Origin: an uncultured Bacteroidales bacterium
Lineage (GTDB): Bacteria > Bacteroidota > Bacteroidia > Bacteroidales > FEN-979
Direction: 5' to 3'
Assembly (NCBI GenBank): GCA_903877385.1
Contig: CAIRDP010000023.1
Location: forward strand, 3,723 to 67,722
DNA: 64,000 bases
A program made the position numbers and the translations under genes. Shown here one piece after another: positions 25,752 to 34,034 of this stretch. Position 1 is the first letter of the stretch, and each line of letters starts with the position of its first letter. The notes under the pieces are model-generated. The model was not told the origin of the DNA. It made no database searches and saw only the letters and a list, made by a program, of their open reading frames with translations.

Positions 25752-25892
25752 ACAGGTAAATTTTAGATGATTAAATAACTATTATTTGATTTGTAATTCA
25801 TTCTTTTGGGTTCAACAGTATATGAGTTTTCATATTATCTGGGTTAATGTTCCTGTTTATTTTCTTGTTGTTTTTGAATCTGGTGCAGTAAA

Positions 25893-27254
25893 TTAGGCGG
25901 CACGCAGCAGGATTTGATCTTCAAAGCTGTTTTGCTGTTCATACTTGATTCGCTGGGCAAGGGCAAGCCCGACCTTTTCTACGATGCCGACAACCAGTGC
26001 ATTTCCCATAAAAGATGCCCGCTTGACATCGGATATGCCTTCAAGCCTGGTGTGATTGTCGGGAAACATATTGAGCCTTTCAAGTTCGATTGGCATCAGG
26101 CGTCTTAGACCTTTATCAGTCTGGATTACGTGTTTAACCCTTGATGGTGACGAACCGCCTTCTTGTGTGATTATCGTGCGAGAGGGCTTGTCCAGGGGGT
26201 CTGGGAACTTCAACGCACCTTCGTTATAATGATATTCGGAACCATCAGGCTTTCTGCGGATTATTTTCTTTGCCCCTTTCAGGTAATGCCATTTATCCAA
26301 ATCTTTTTCATCGATGAAGTACCCTTCTTCCACGTCACCATTGAGGATAATGTCATTTAGCACCTGATAGGCACATTTCGGGCAAGGGGTTGTTTTCAGC
26401 GTTGTTACGGTGCCATTAATAATTAATCCCGCATTATTAAAAGCAGATCTGGCATTTGGCTTATTGAATGCGGAAGAGATATCAGCAATGTCACCCGTCA
26501 GGTGGAATATTGATGGGAGAATTACTGGCTGTCGACACAGCGGAAAAGCTTCGGCAAGGGTGCCCTTATTTAAGATCCATTCCTTTGGGGAAGTTTCAAT
26601 GATGCGCTTGAAGATGGATGACGTCCTGTGGTACCCCAGGATGAATATTCTCTTTCTTCGTTGCGGCATACCATATTCAGCCGCATTAATAACGCGCCAT
26701 TCAACGGCATATCCCAGTTCATTCAGGCTTTGCAGTATAATTGCGAAATCCCTGCCCCTTTGGGTTTTCGGGGAAATGAGCAGTCGGTCGACATTCTCGA
26801 ACAGCAGGTATTTTGGTTTTTCTTTCTTCTCATTCAGGATTTTATAAACCGACCACCACAGAACACCCTTTTTCCCAATTAGCCCTTTTGAGTTTTTCAG
26901 GGTTGTTGCCACGGAGTAATCCTGGCACGGGAAGCCGCCAACCAATAGGTCGTGGTCAGGAATTGAAGCAACATCAACCGTGGTAATGTCTTGGTTGCTT
27001 ACCCCTTCGTTCCCCCAGCGGCTGACGTAGACATTGAAAGCGTGCTGGGTCTTTGTCGATGGCTCAAACTGGTTGCTCCATACAATCTCGTATGGTGATA
27101 CAAATTCATCGTTGTAACCCGATGATGCTGATTTACGGTTCCAGCCTTCGAGCCCCAGCCTGAACCCTCCAACACCAGCAAAAAGTTCTGCAACTTTTAT
27201 TTTACTTACCCCGTTGATTGTATTTTTTGACATTTTAACCTTGTTTCTTTTCAT
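25893..27254 (-). CDS. dcm: DNA (cytosine-5)-methyltransferase
   Basis: Motif I AELFAGVGGF, motif IV GGFPCQDYS, motif VI LLFENVDRLL, motif VIII QRRKRIFILG, motif X GNALVVGIV. Start set at MKRNKVKM (27254). Confidence 0.9.
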   Translation of the reverse strand: MKRNKVKMSKNTINGVSKIKVAELFAGVGGFRLGLEGWNRKSASSGYNDEFVSPYEIVWSNQFEPSTKTQHAFNVYVSRWGNEGVSNQDITTVDVASIPDHDLLVGGFPCQDYSVATTLKNSKGLIGKKGVLWWSVYKILNEKKEKPKYLLFENVDRLLISPKTQRGRDFAIILQSLNELGYAVEWRVINAAEYGMPQRRKRIFILGYHRTSSIFKRIIETSPKEWILNKGTLAEAFPLCRQPVILPSIFHLTGDIADISSAFNKPNARSAFNNAGLIINGTVTTLKTTPCPKCAYQVLNDIILNGDVEEGYFIDEKDLDKWHYLKGAKKIIRRKPDGSEYHYNEGALKFPDPLDKPSRTIITQEGGSSPSRVKHVIQTDKGLRRLMPIELERLNMFPDNHTRLEGISDVKRASFMGNALVVGIVEKVGLALAQRIKYEQQNSFEDQILLRAA

Positions 27255-27519
27255 TATTTTTTGTTGAACAATCAGTGTTTTTGAATAGTACAGTGCATAG
27301 TTTGGACTGTATGACATTCTTAATGTTATGAATATCAATTAAATTGATGTTTAATATAATACGTGGTGGATGTTAATCCTGGCGCTGCAATTCAGCGTTC
27401 GGATCAATGATTATGGCGACCGTGAATGTTGATGCCAAAGGGTGGCTGGGTTGTATTTTAATTGAGGTTTCATAATCTTGTATCAATATAGTTTGTGGTT
27501 ATTTTGATATCTTACCCAT

Positions 27520-28071
27520 TTAAGCGGCAAATGAATTGTAAGTAGGAGCGAACAGATCAATCATACGGTAATCCAAGATCTCCCAGGTCTTTCTGTCATC
27601 CTTGACTGGAATCACCCTGTTTTCAGTTTCATATCCATATTCCCGATACCACATCAATTCAGCAATGCAGTAATCAAGATATTCATCAGGGGGATTGAAG
27701 AAATCGGCTTCTGAAATGGTCATTCTGTCACCCGTTTTTTTGTCAACGCAATCAATTTCCAATGAAAGGGCTGTAAAGTTCTTCATTCCCTTTGCAAATG
27801 CTTCATCAGGCGTATCAAGGTGCTTTTTACAAAGCTTGCCATCAATATTGGCATCCTGTAGTAGTTGGAATGCGTGGTTGAAGGCTCTTTTACGACAGTC
27901 GATTGCCCTGCCACCTTGAAAGAGCTCTTCCTTATCCACAATCGTCGAACACACACGGTTCTTGTTAAAATGAAGGATTTCGAGTTTTACAACATAAGAA
28001 ATGTTGTTTGTTTCGGCTGCGATGGCTTTGGCTGTCTTTGCTGTGCCATCATTGTTACTTGATTTTTTCAT
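27520..28071 (-). CDS. Hypothetical protein (183 aa)
   Basis: ORF only. Confidence 0.5.
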   Translation of the reverse strand: MKKSSNNDGTAKTAKAIAAETNNISYVVKLEILHFNKNRVCSTIVDKEELFQGGRAIDCRKRAFNHAFQLLQDANIDGKLCKKHLDTPDEAFAKGMKNFTALSLEIDCVDKKTGDRMTISEADFFNPPDEYLDYCIAELMWYREYGYETENRVIPVKDDRKTWEILDYRMIDLFAPTYNSFAA

Positions 28072-28122
28072 TTCGTTTTGTTTTAGTTTATGATTTATAA
28101 TTGTTTGTATTTGCTTTTCATT

Positions 28123-28395
28123 TTAGAATCTTGGAGCCATCCCAACTTTTTCCAAATCCTGTTTGACCTCATATAAGTTGTATAGTATTTTCCGCCCGAT
28201 CTTCCGAAATCTGATTACTTTTCTATCACGATAGTTTTGCATTGTTCTTCTGCTTATAGGAATGTACTTCAACAGTTGATCGGTGGTCAGCAGTTCTTTA
28301 TCCTGCTTTTCATTTTGCTCGATCCACTGTAATAGCTTATCCAACTTCATATTTATTTCGCTATATTCATTTTCGGAAAAATTGTAGACTTTCAT
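28123..28395 (-). CDS. Excisionase/MerR-type (HTH_17-like) DNA-binding protein
   Basis: LLTTDQLLKYIPISRRTMQNYRDRKVIRFRKIGRKILYNLYEVKQDL matches the small HTH proteins common in Bacteroidota mobile elements. Confidence 0.65.
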   Translation of the reverse strand: MKVYNFSENEYSEINMKLDKLLQWIEQNEKQDKELLTTDQLLKYIPISRRTMQNYRDRKVIRFRKIGRKILYNLYEVKQDLEKVGMAPRF

Positions 28396-28462
28396 AACTT
28401 GTGACTTTAAAAAATTGTTCTTTTAAATTTTCGACAAAGTTACGGAACCCCTTTGGAGTCAA

Positions 28463-28498
28463 GGGTTACAAGAAGGGTTACAAGAAGGGTTACAAGGG
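28463..28498. repeat. Three tandem 12-bp direct repeats (GGGTTACAAGAA x2 + GGGTTACAAGGG), iteron/operator-like
   Basis: Read directly; located 68-103 nt upstream of the HTH gene start (28395). Confidence 0.8.
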
Positions 28499-28535
28499 GA
28501 GTATAAGGCGGGAATGGGTCGGTATTGCTTTTCTG

Positions 28536-29867
28536 CTAAGTGTTATTCTCAGTATTGATTTTCATTTGGTGGTCGATCTCATCAATAATCTCTTGAAGCG
28601 CGGTTCTAACCGCATTTAAATTGAAATTCTGGATTTTCTGATACTTATCAGGTTTCCCACTTGGTTGGTCACCCTTAATTTCATTAAGATTATCAATATT
28701 CCAATTATCTTGAAGGTTTTTCTTTGAATATCCCGTTAATGCACTCACCATTTTGGACATCGCATTTGGACTATGGGTTAAAACTAAACCGTATTCCTTT
28801 AGATAATGAAAAAGCAATGCAGTTTGGCGAATATCTAATCTGAGGATGGAGTTCTGTACTGATTTTTGAGAAATGGATCCAGGAAAGTCAATTGAGGGGG
28901 TGTCAACAAAAGGTGCTTCGCTAACTGGTTCAAGAGTTACTTGGGTCTGCGAAGCGGGTGAAATAGGTGGAATATTTAGGGATTGCACAATTTCAATTTG
29001 CTTTTTCAGGAAAATGATGTAATCTGCTATGGCGCTGAATCGATATCCTACCACTTTGGGGATATAAACCTTCTCAATATTAAAGATGGCTTCTTCATTA
29101 TAAAGGTCACCTTTACACCAGGTCATTTGATATCTTGATGGAGTGTTCTCTGGTTTTTCCATCAGATAATTACCAAAGAAATCCATTGATATTGGATAGC
29201 CAAAACTACTTAAAGCTTTTGTTGCCCATTGTAATTCATTATTGAGGTAAGTCAGCTTTTCATATTTTGACTGCAAATTAGAAAGGTCATTGATTATTAA
29301 AGAGCAGATTTCCTGTAAAACTCCTGCTATCAATGCCTTAAAATCGGCTGGTGATTCATAATCAGCATTTATTTTATGGATAGAATCTTTTTGCAGGCGC
29401 AACATAATATCAGCAGGGGATTCACGGTGATTTATTAGCATTAAGGGTGAATCTTCACAATCATCGTCTTGAAGCAAAGCCCATCGATTATATTTCATAT
29501 ATCTATTGAGCCTGGGAATATCAATGACAATGTCAAAGTTGACAATACTATTTTTTAACTTTTCAAGCTGGCTTTTTTCAGTTTCTGGTTTTGGTTTTCT
29601 CTCAACAATGTCACCCTCGTCACCAGGTACCCATTTCCCATCCTCCGTGAGAATAAAAATCCCGCTATCCCCATCCGTTGGCAATTCTTCAAATTCCTCT
29701 TTGCGATTATCGCCATCCTGATTTTGCTCCTGATTTTCGCTCATAACCGCAGTATTATTAACGTTTAATAATTCCATATTGAACAAAATTGCCGAACCAT
29801 CATCCATACTATCGTCGCCCAATTCAGAAAAGTAGGTCTGGATTTCAGTCAGATGCTCGTCTGACAA
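28536..29867 (-). CDS. Hypothetical protein (443 aa), acidic N-terminus
   Basis: ORF only; no catalytic motif recognised. Confidence 0.55.
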   Translation of the reverse strand: MSDEHLTEIQTYFSELGDDSMDDGSAILFNMELLNVNNTAVMSENQEQNQDGDNRKEEFEELPTDGDSGIFILTEDGKWVPGDEGDIVERKPKPETEKSQLEKLKNSIVNFDIVIDIPRLNRYMKYNRWALLQDDDCEDSPLMLINHRESPADIMLRLQKDSIHKINADYESPADFKALIAGVLQEICSLIINDLSNLQSKYEKLTYLNNELQWATKALSSFGYPISMDFFGNYLMEKPENTPSRYQMTWCKGDLYNEEAIFNIEKVYIPKVVGYRFSAIADYIIFLKKQIEIVQSLNIPPISPASQTQVTLEPVSEAPFVDTPSIDFPGSISQKSVQNSILRLDIRQTALLFHYLKEYGLVLTHSPNAMSKMVSALTGYSKKNLQDNWNIDNLNEIKGDQPSGKPDKYQKIQNFNLNAVRTALQEIIDEIDHQMKINTENNT

Positions 29868-30031
29868 TTATGTTTTTACAAACTTAATATCTTTAATGAT
29901 TTCAAATGCATCTATCATAAATTTTTGGTTGCACAATCGTTAAAACAATTAGACGAATGGTACAGAATCAGGTGCTTGTACTTTTTTTGGCGAACCTTCC
30001 TTATCTTTGGGCACACTTATAATATATAGGT

Positions 30032-30601
30032 ATGCCTGTCATTCATTTTTCAGATGATGAATTTGAGCAACTGCGCTCATTTTATACCGCAGAGCTTGAA
30101 GCGGTCAGCAAATACATTGAACGGATAAAGAAAATTCTTGCCAAGCTTGAAACCCCAGAAAAGTCCAAGGTTGTAAAACCAGAACAGTCGACTGGGATTG
30201 CTGCCAAGCCCGCAAAGAAACGCGGACGCCCGAAGAAAGTAAGGATTGAAATCATCAATAAGAGAGCGCTCACCAAGCCAGGAAGCAAAAGAAGGGGGCG
30301 CCCGCCAAAGGTAAAATCAGAACTACCAATTCCAGCGGTAACGGGTGATGGCTTAAAAGAGCTTATTTCGCAGAAGATAGTGGAACCTTTGGTTCTACAA
30401 GCGAAGCAAGCCAAAAAAAGTGGTAGACCACCCAGGGTTAAGACAGCGGAACCCCGTGTTGCCGCGACGCATTCGGGTTCACAGCCACAAATTGTGCCTT
30501 CAATGCGCCTTGAAGATGATTTCATCGCGCGGACAGCACAGGTTGATCCCAATGCCCGAAAAAACCAGAAGAGAAGGCGTCGCTCACATTACCGAAGGTA
30601 A
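30032..30601 (+). CDS. AT-hook DNA-binding protein (189 aa)
   Basis: Helical N-terminus, then three AT-hook cores KKRGRPKKV, KRRGRPPKV, KSGRPPRV, and a basic tail KNQKRRRRSHYRR. Confidence 0.6.
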   Translation: MPVIHFSDDEFEQLRSFYTAELEAVSKYIERIKKILAKLETPEKSKVVKPEQSTGIAAKPAKKRGRPKKVRIEIINKRALTKPGSKRRGRPPKVKSELPIPAVTGDGLKELISQKIVEPLVLQAKQAKKSGRPPRVKTAEPRVAATHSGSQPQIVPSMRLEDDFIARTAQVDPNARKNQKRRRRSHYRR

Positions 30602-30720
30602 GCTATCACTATTGAGTATTTGGGTAAACCGATGTCAACAAATCTTAATGCCGCAATTCCGATGCAGGCAACAAACACGATTATTCCAGAAGTAGAGAAA
30701 GAGAACAATCCATTATTACA

Positions 30721-30927
30721 ATGATTAACTCAAAGATTGTTGGTTTACGACTTGCTGGCACCATCTTCGGCGGCGTCGCGGTATTACACCTGCTACGGGC
30801 AGTAATGGGAATATCGGTTGTCATTGGCGGCTGGATGTTGCCAGTATGGATGAATGTGATAGGATTCTTGGCGACGGGATTCCTTTGCGTTTGGCTCTGG
30901 CTATTATCGGTGAGTAGGGGCAGGTGA
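30721..30927 (+). CDS. Small two-TM membrane protein (68 aa)
   Basis: Two hydrophobic helices (LAGTIFGGVAVLHLL; VIGFLATGFLCVWLWLL); followed by a hairpin terminator. Confidence 0.4.
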   Translation: MINSKIVGLRLAGTIFGGVAVLHLLRAVMGISVVIGGWMLPVWMNVIGFLATGFLCVWLWLLSVSRGR

Positions 30928-30930
30928 TTT

Positions 30931-30975
30931 GTAACAATGCATCACAGAAACGAATTGTTACCAATGATTTTTGTT
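30931..30975 (+). terminator. Candidate rho-independent terminator
   Basis: GTAACAAT (30931-38) pairs with ATTGTTAC (30954-61); a T-run follows at 30968-72. Confidence 0.4.
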
Positions 30976-31105
30976 TAGCATCCTCTGAAAGCCCAGGAAT
31001 ATAGATCATTTCCGTCATTTTTCTCTTGGTAGATTCAGGAATTTTCCGTATCTTTACACCATAATTTCTTGATTCCAACAACCTTCTTTTATTAAGCAGA
31101 AGCGT

Positions 31106-31672
31106 ATGAAAAATGTCGCATTGTATCAGCGCGTGTCAACATCAAGTCAAACGGTCGATAATCAGCGCATCCGTTTAATTGAATACGCTGAACGAAATGG
31201 TTTCACCTATGATATCTTTGAAGAAGTTGAATCAACCCGCAAAACAAGACCCGTGAAGCAGGCACTACTGTCTGATCTTAGGGCTGGTAAATATGATGCG
31301 GTTGTTGTTTACAAGCTGGACAGGTGGGCAAGAAGCTCAACGGAACTGATCCTCGACACCAAAGAATTAATCGATAAAGGCATTGGCTTCATCAGCATCA
31401 GCGACAACCTTGACTTTGGCACCGCATCTGGGAAGTTGCACTTCCAAATCTTGTCGGCGTTCGCGGAGTTTGAGAGGGAACTTATCCGTGAGCGGACTAT
31501 CGAGGGGCTCCGACGTTCCAAATTGCAGGGCAAGACGCCAGGGCGCCCGAAGGGCTCAAAGGATTTGACCAAACGGAAACGGTCAGGCTACATTTTGCGG
31601 GAAGCGCGAAAAAGGCAATTGGTGGAATCAGATTCGGGCATCCATAAATCGATTGAAGCCTACCTCAATTAA
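31106..31672 (+). CDS. Serine recombinase (resolvase/invertase family), short C-terminus
   Basis: N-terminal VALYQRVSTSSQ (catalytic Ser), VVVYKLDRWARS, ISISDNLDF, ERELIRERT, GRPKG. The usual C-terminal HTH is not evident. Confidence 0.85.
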   Translation: MKNVALYQRVSTSSQTVDNQRIRLIEYAERNGFTYDIFEEVESTRKTRPVKQALLSDLRAGKYDAVVVYKLDRWARSSTELILDTKELIDKGIGFISISDNLDFGTASGKLHFQILSAFAEFERELIRERTIEGLRRSKLQGKTPGRPKGSKDLTKRKRSGYILREARKRQLVESDSGIHKSIEAYLN

Positions 31673-31678
31673 AAACCC

Positions 31679-31704
31679 TCCCCCAAATAATTATTTGGGG
31701 TTTT
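31679..31704 (+). terminator. Rho-independent terminator
   Basis: Perfect palindrome CCCCAAATAA/TTATTTGGGG followed by TTTTTT. Confidence 0.6.
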
Positions 31705-31845
31705 TTGTGTCCAAAACCCCGCCATCCTCCCCTGTATTTGGGGTATCAAATAAACGGACGGTTATTTGTTGATTGAAGAAATTTTATATTGGATTTTCTT
31801 CCTGACAAAATTTTTTCTAATTTGCGTCCACAATATTAATCGAAA

Positions 31846-32796
31846 ATGGGAATTAACCCCGCTCCAAACACTTGCTTTTTAACTGGCTTTCCCGCAGTAA
31901 ATATTCCAAGCGCAGTTGATTGTATAGACTACTATGTAGATGTCTACGGCAAAAGATACCACTGCATATTCAGATGGGATTATCAAAATTCTCCCTTTAT
32001 TGATCAAAATCGTCACATCATTTTAGGTCTTTTCGCCAATAATCGGTTTCCAGTTCCCGAACCAAAACCATTTTACGATAAAGATGTGATCGAACGAATA
32101 ATATTGGAAGCTGATTACCCAAAGGATCCCAAAGCCAAGATGGATAATTTACTCATTAAATTGAGCGAGTTGCAGTCCTTCGAAGGTGAAGTGATCGATC
32201 TTTCAAAGATAGGGTCTGTGGACTTCTTTATTACGAAACTCTTTTTTAAGAACATTGAGGAATATGCATTCTATTTAAGGACTCTTAATGAGGAAGGATT
32301 GATTACTTATATTGATGAATCGACAAAGACATCCATAAGCTTTTCAACTATCCGTTTAACATTTTCTGGGTTGCGATATTTAATTGAAATTCAGAACATA
32401 GGAGCAAATTCGAATTATTGCTTTATTGCGATGTCTTTTTCAGGTACCGAAACTGAAATTCGGAATACCATCAAGCAAGTTTGCCTTGATACTGGATTTG
32501 AGCCGATACTTGTGGATGAATTGCATCTTCCAAGCGATGAGACAATAAATGATGCGATTCTCAGGCATATCAAAATGTGCAAGTTCATCATTGCTGATTT
32601 TACGAAACAAAAACACGGTGTTTATTTTGAAGCAGGCTTTGGACTTGGTCGGGGGATTCCTGTTATTTATACCTGTTCAGAAGAAGATTTTAAAAATTCT
32701 CATTTTGACACTAATCATTATCCTCACATTGTCTATTCCAATCTGATTTCCCTGAGGGAACAATTAACAAATAAAATTCTTGCTTGGATAGTCTGA
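31846..32796 (+). CDS. Winged-helix + nucleoside 2-deoxyribosyltransferase-like / TIR-like domain protein (316 aa)
   Basis: Middle: YAFYLRTLNEEGLITYID...LTFSGLRYL (wHTH-like). C-terminus: CFIAMSFSG...KFIIADFTKQKHGVYFEAGFGLGRGIPVIY, the Rossmannoid NDT/TIR-like pattern. Confidence 0.55.
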   Translation: MGINPAPNTCFLTGFPAVNIPSAVDCIDYYVDVYGKRYHCIFRWDYQNSPFIDQNRHIILGLFANNRFPVPEPKPFYDKDVIERIILEADYPKDPKAKMDNLLIKLSELQSFEGEVIDLSKIGSVDFFITKLFFKNIEEYAFYLRTLNEEGLITYIDESTKTSISFSTIRLTFSGLRYLIEIQNIGANSNYCFIAMSFSGTETEIRNTIKQVCLDTGFEPILVDELHLPSDETINDAILRHIKMCKFIIADFTKQKHGVYFEAGFGLGRGIPVIYTCSEEDFKNSHFDTNHYPHIVYSNLISLREQLTNKILAWIV

Positions 32797-32800
32797 TCAG

Positions 32801-33103
32801 TCAACGCGACTCTGAATTGACAAGAAGGGATATGACAAGAACGATAATCCCTGCCAGCAAAGTAAGCAGGAAGTAAATCACATACGAATTCTTAAAAAAT
32901 CTTATTGTGTTCCTGTAGACTGTTATGTAGTAAGGCGCATATTCAAATTCGCAAGTCCTTGCCCTGCCATCGTGCGTGTCTTTTACAATTTTACCTGCAA
33001 CATCTTTCTCTTGTAAAATATAGTCAACTTTCGTAATGGTTCTGGGTGGTACAGACTTGTCATAATTGATTCGCTTGACCCAAACGTGCTTTGCCATAGT
33101 CAT
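32801..33103 (-). CDS. Hypothetical tail-anchored membrane protein (100 aa)
   Basis: C-terminal TM YVIYFLLTLLAGIIVLVISLLV. Confidence 0.45.
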   Translation of the reverse strand: MTMAKHVWVKRINYDKSVPPRTITKVDYILQEKDVAGKIVKDTHDGRARTCEFEYAPYYITVYRNTIRFFKNSYVIYFLLTLLAGIIVLVISLLVNSESR

Positions 33104-33120
33104 TGTTAAGGGGATAAAGT

Positions 33121-33627
33121 TCAGATGGAACCTTTTATATCCATATTCCGCTTATTTATCTTTTTTATCTCTTTAATATCATCTTTGATTGATTCTTCGT
33201 GAAGCTTGAATGTAGTCCAAAACACTATTATTACAACAAACAAATGAAACAAATAAACAAAAATGAAAAGATTGTCCGTGTTTTCTAAACCAAATGTTGA
33301 AAAGCGGGAAAGGTCGACAAGCTTGATCCACAGTAAAAACTTAAAAAAATAATGTATAACAAAAAGAACCGCGGCTTGCGCAAACACCCATAAGAAAGCT
33401 ATAAATGCGCCGCTAAAAAAAATAGTGAGCATTTCTTTTAGGAATGAGCTTCTTGGTTCCATTTTCTCTAAATCCTCTCTTTCTTTACCTGTTGAAACAT
33501 CATTTAGATAACTGGTATAATAATCTTTGTGGTATACTTTTTCTTTGAAAGAATCCCTGAAAAAGCTGAGGGATAAGGAAGCGGTGAAATAACTAAACAG
33601 TACTGTAGAAATGTATAATAAGATCAT
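33121..33627 (-). CDS. Hypothetical multi-pass membrane protein (168 aa)
   Basis: At least three hydrophobic helices; very AT-rich. Confidence 0.5.
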   Translation of the reverse strand: MILLYISTVLFSYFTASLSLSFFRDSFKEKVYHKDYYTSYLNDVSTGKEREDLEKMEPRSSFLKEMLTIFFSGAFIAFLWVFAQAAVLFVIHYFFKFLLWIKLVDLSRFSTFGLENTDNLFIFVYLFHLFVVIIVFWTTFKLHEESIKDDIKEIKKINKRNMDIKGSI

Positions 33628-33733
33628 ATTCCTTTCGATTGAATCATTATTTGTAAAATTAGAATATTTTCAAGTCCACAAATAATTATGGTTTTTATTA
33701 ATTTTCGGTATTCTGGCAGGTATATTGGTTCAG

Positions 33734-33883
33734 GTGAATGGAGTGTCCTGTATTCGACCAGGTGTTTCTCAGGATAAGGTTGATGCCATTGCCGTGCTGC
33801 AGGTGCAAGGATTGTCGTTGTGTAAAATCGCAAGGGAAATTGGCGTTCACCACGGAACGGTGGCGAAATACCTGAGTAATTGA
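33734..33883 (+). pseudogene. Remnant of a serine-recombinase C-terminal HTH domain (or a 49-aa stand-alone HTH)
   Basis: Plus-strand frame reads IRPGVSQDKVDAIAVLQVQGLSLCKIAREIGVHHGTVAKYLSN-stop, the GRP...G.S...IA...GV...TV.KYL pattern of the resolvase HTH_7. No ATG and no catalytic domain upstream. Confidence 0.4.
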
Positions 33884-34034
33884 CCCAAGGGATACCTTCA
33901 ACTTTCACCTGATAAACTTTTTGTATCTTCGCACCGATATTCACGGCGATGGAGTTCGCCATTGACTGCCACTATTAACTGGCTGATGACTCCTACTAAA
34001 TTAAGGTTTAACTAATTTAATAGGGGTTATTTTT

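Noticed and set aside
28463-28498. Checked whether the 12-bp direct repeats could be a CRISPR array.
   Set aside because: The three units are contiguous with no spacers and far too short. No cas genes are in the window.
30082-30552. 156-aa minus-strand ORF antisense to the AT-hook gene.
   Set aside because: Cys/Ser/Gly/Phe-rich with no motif. The plus-strand reading gives a coherent helical N-domain plus three AT-hooks.
33624-33962. 112-aa minus-strand ORF (and nested 67-aa ORF) after the membrane-protein gene.
   Set aside because: The opposite strand of the same bases encodes a textbook resolvase HTH remnant, so the minus ORF looks fortuitous.
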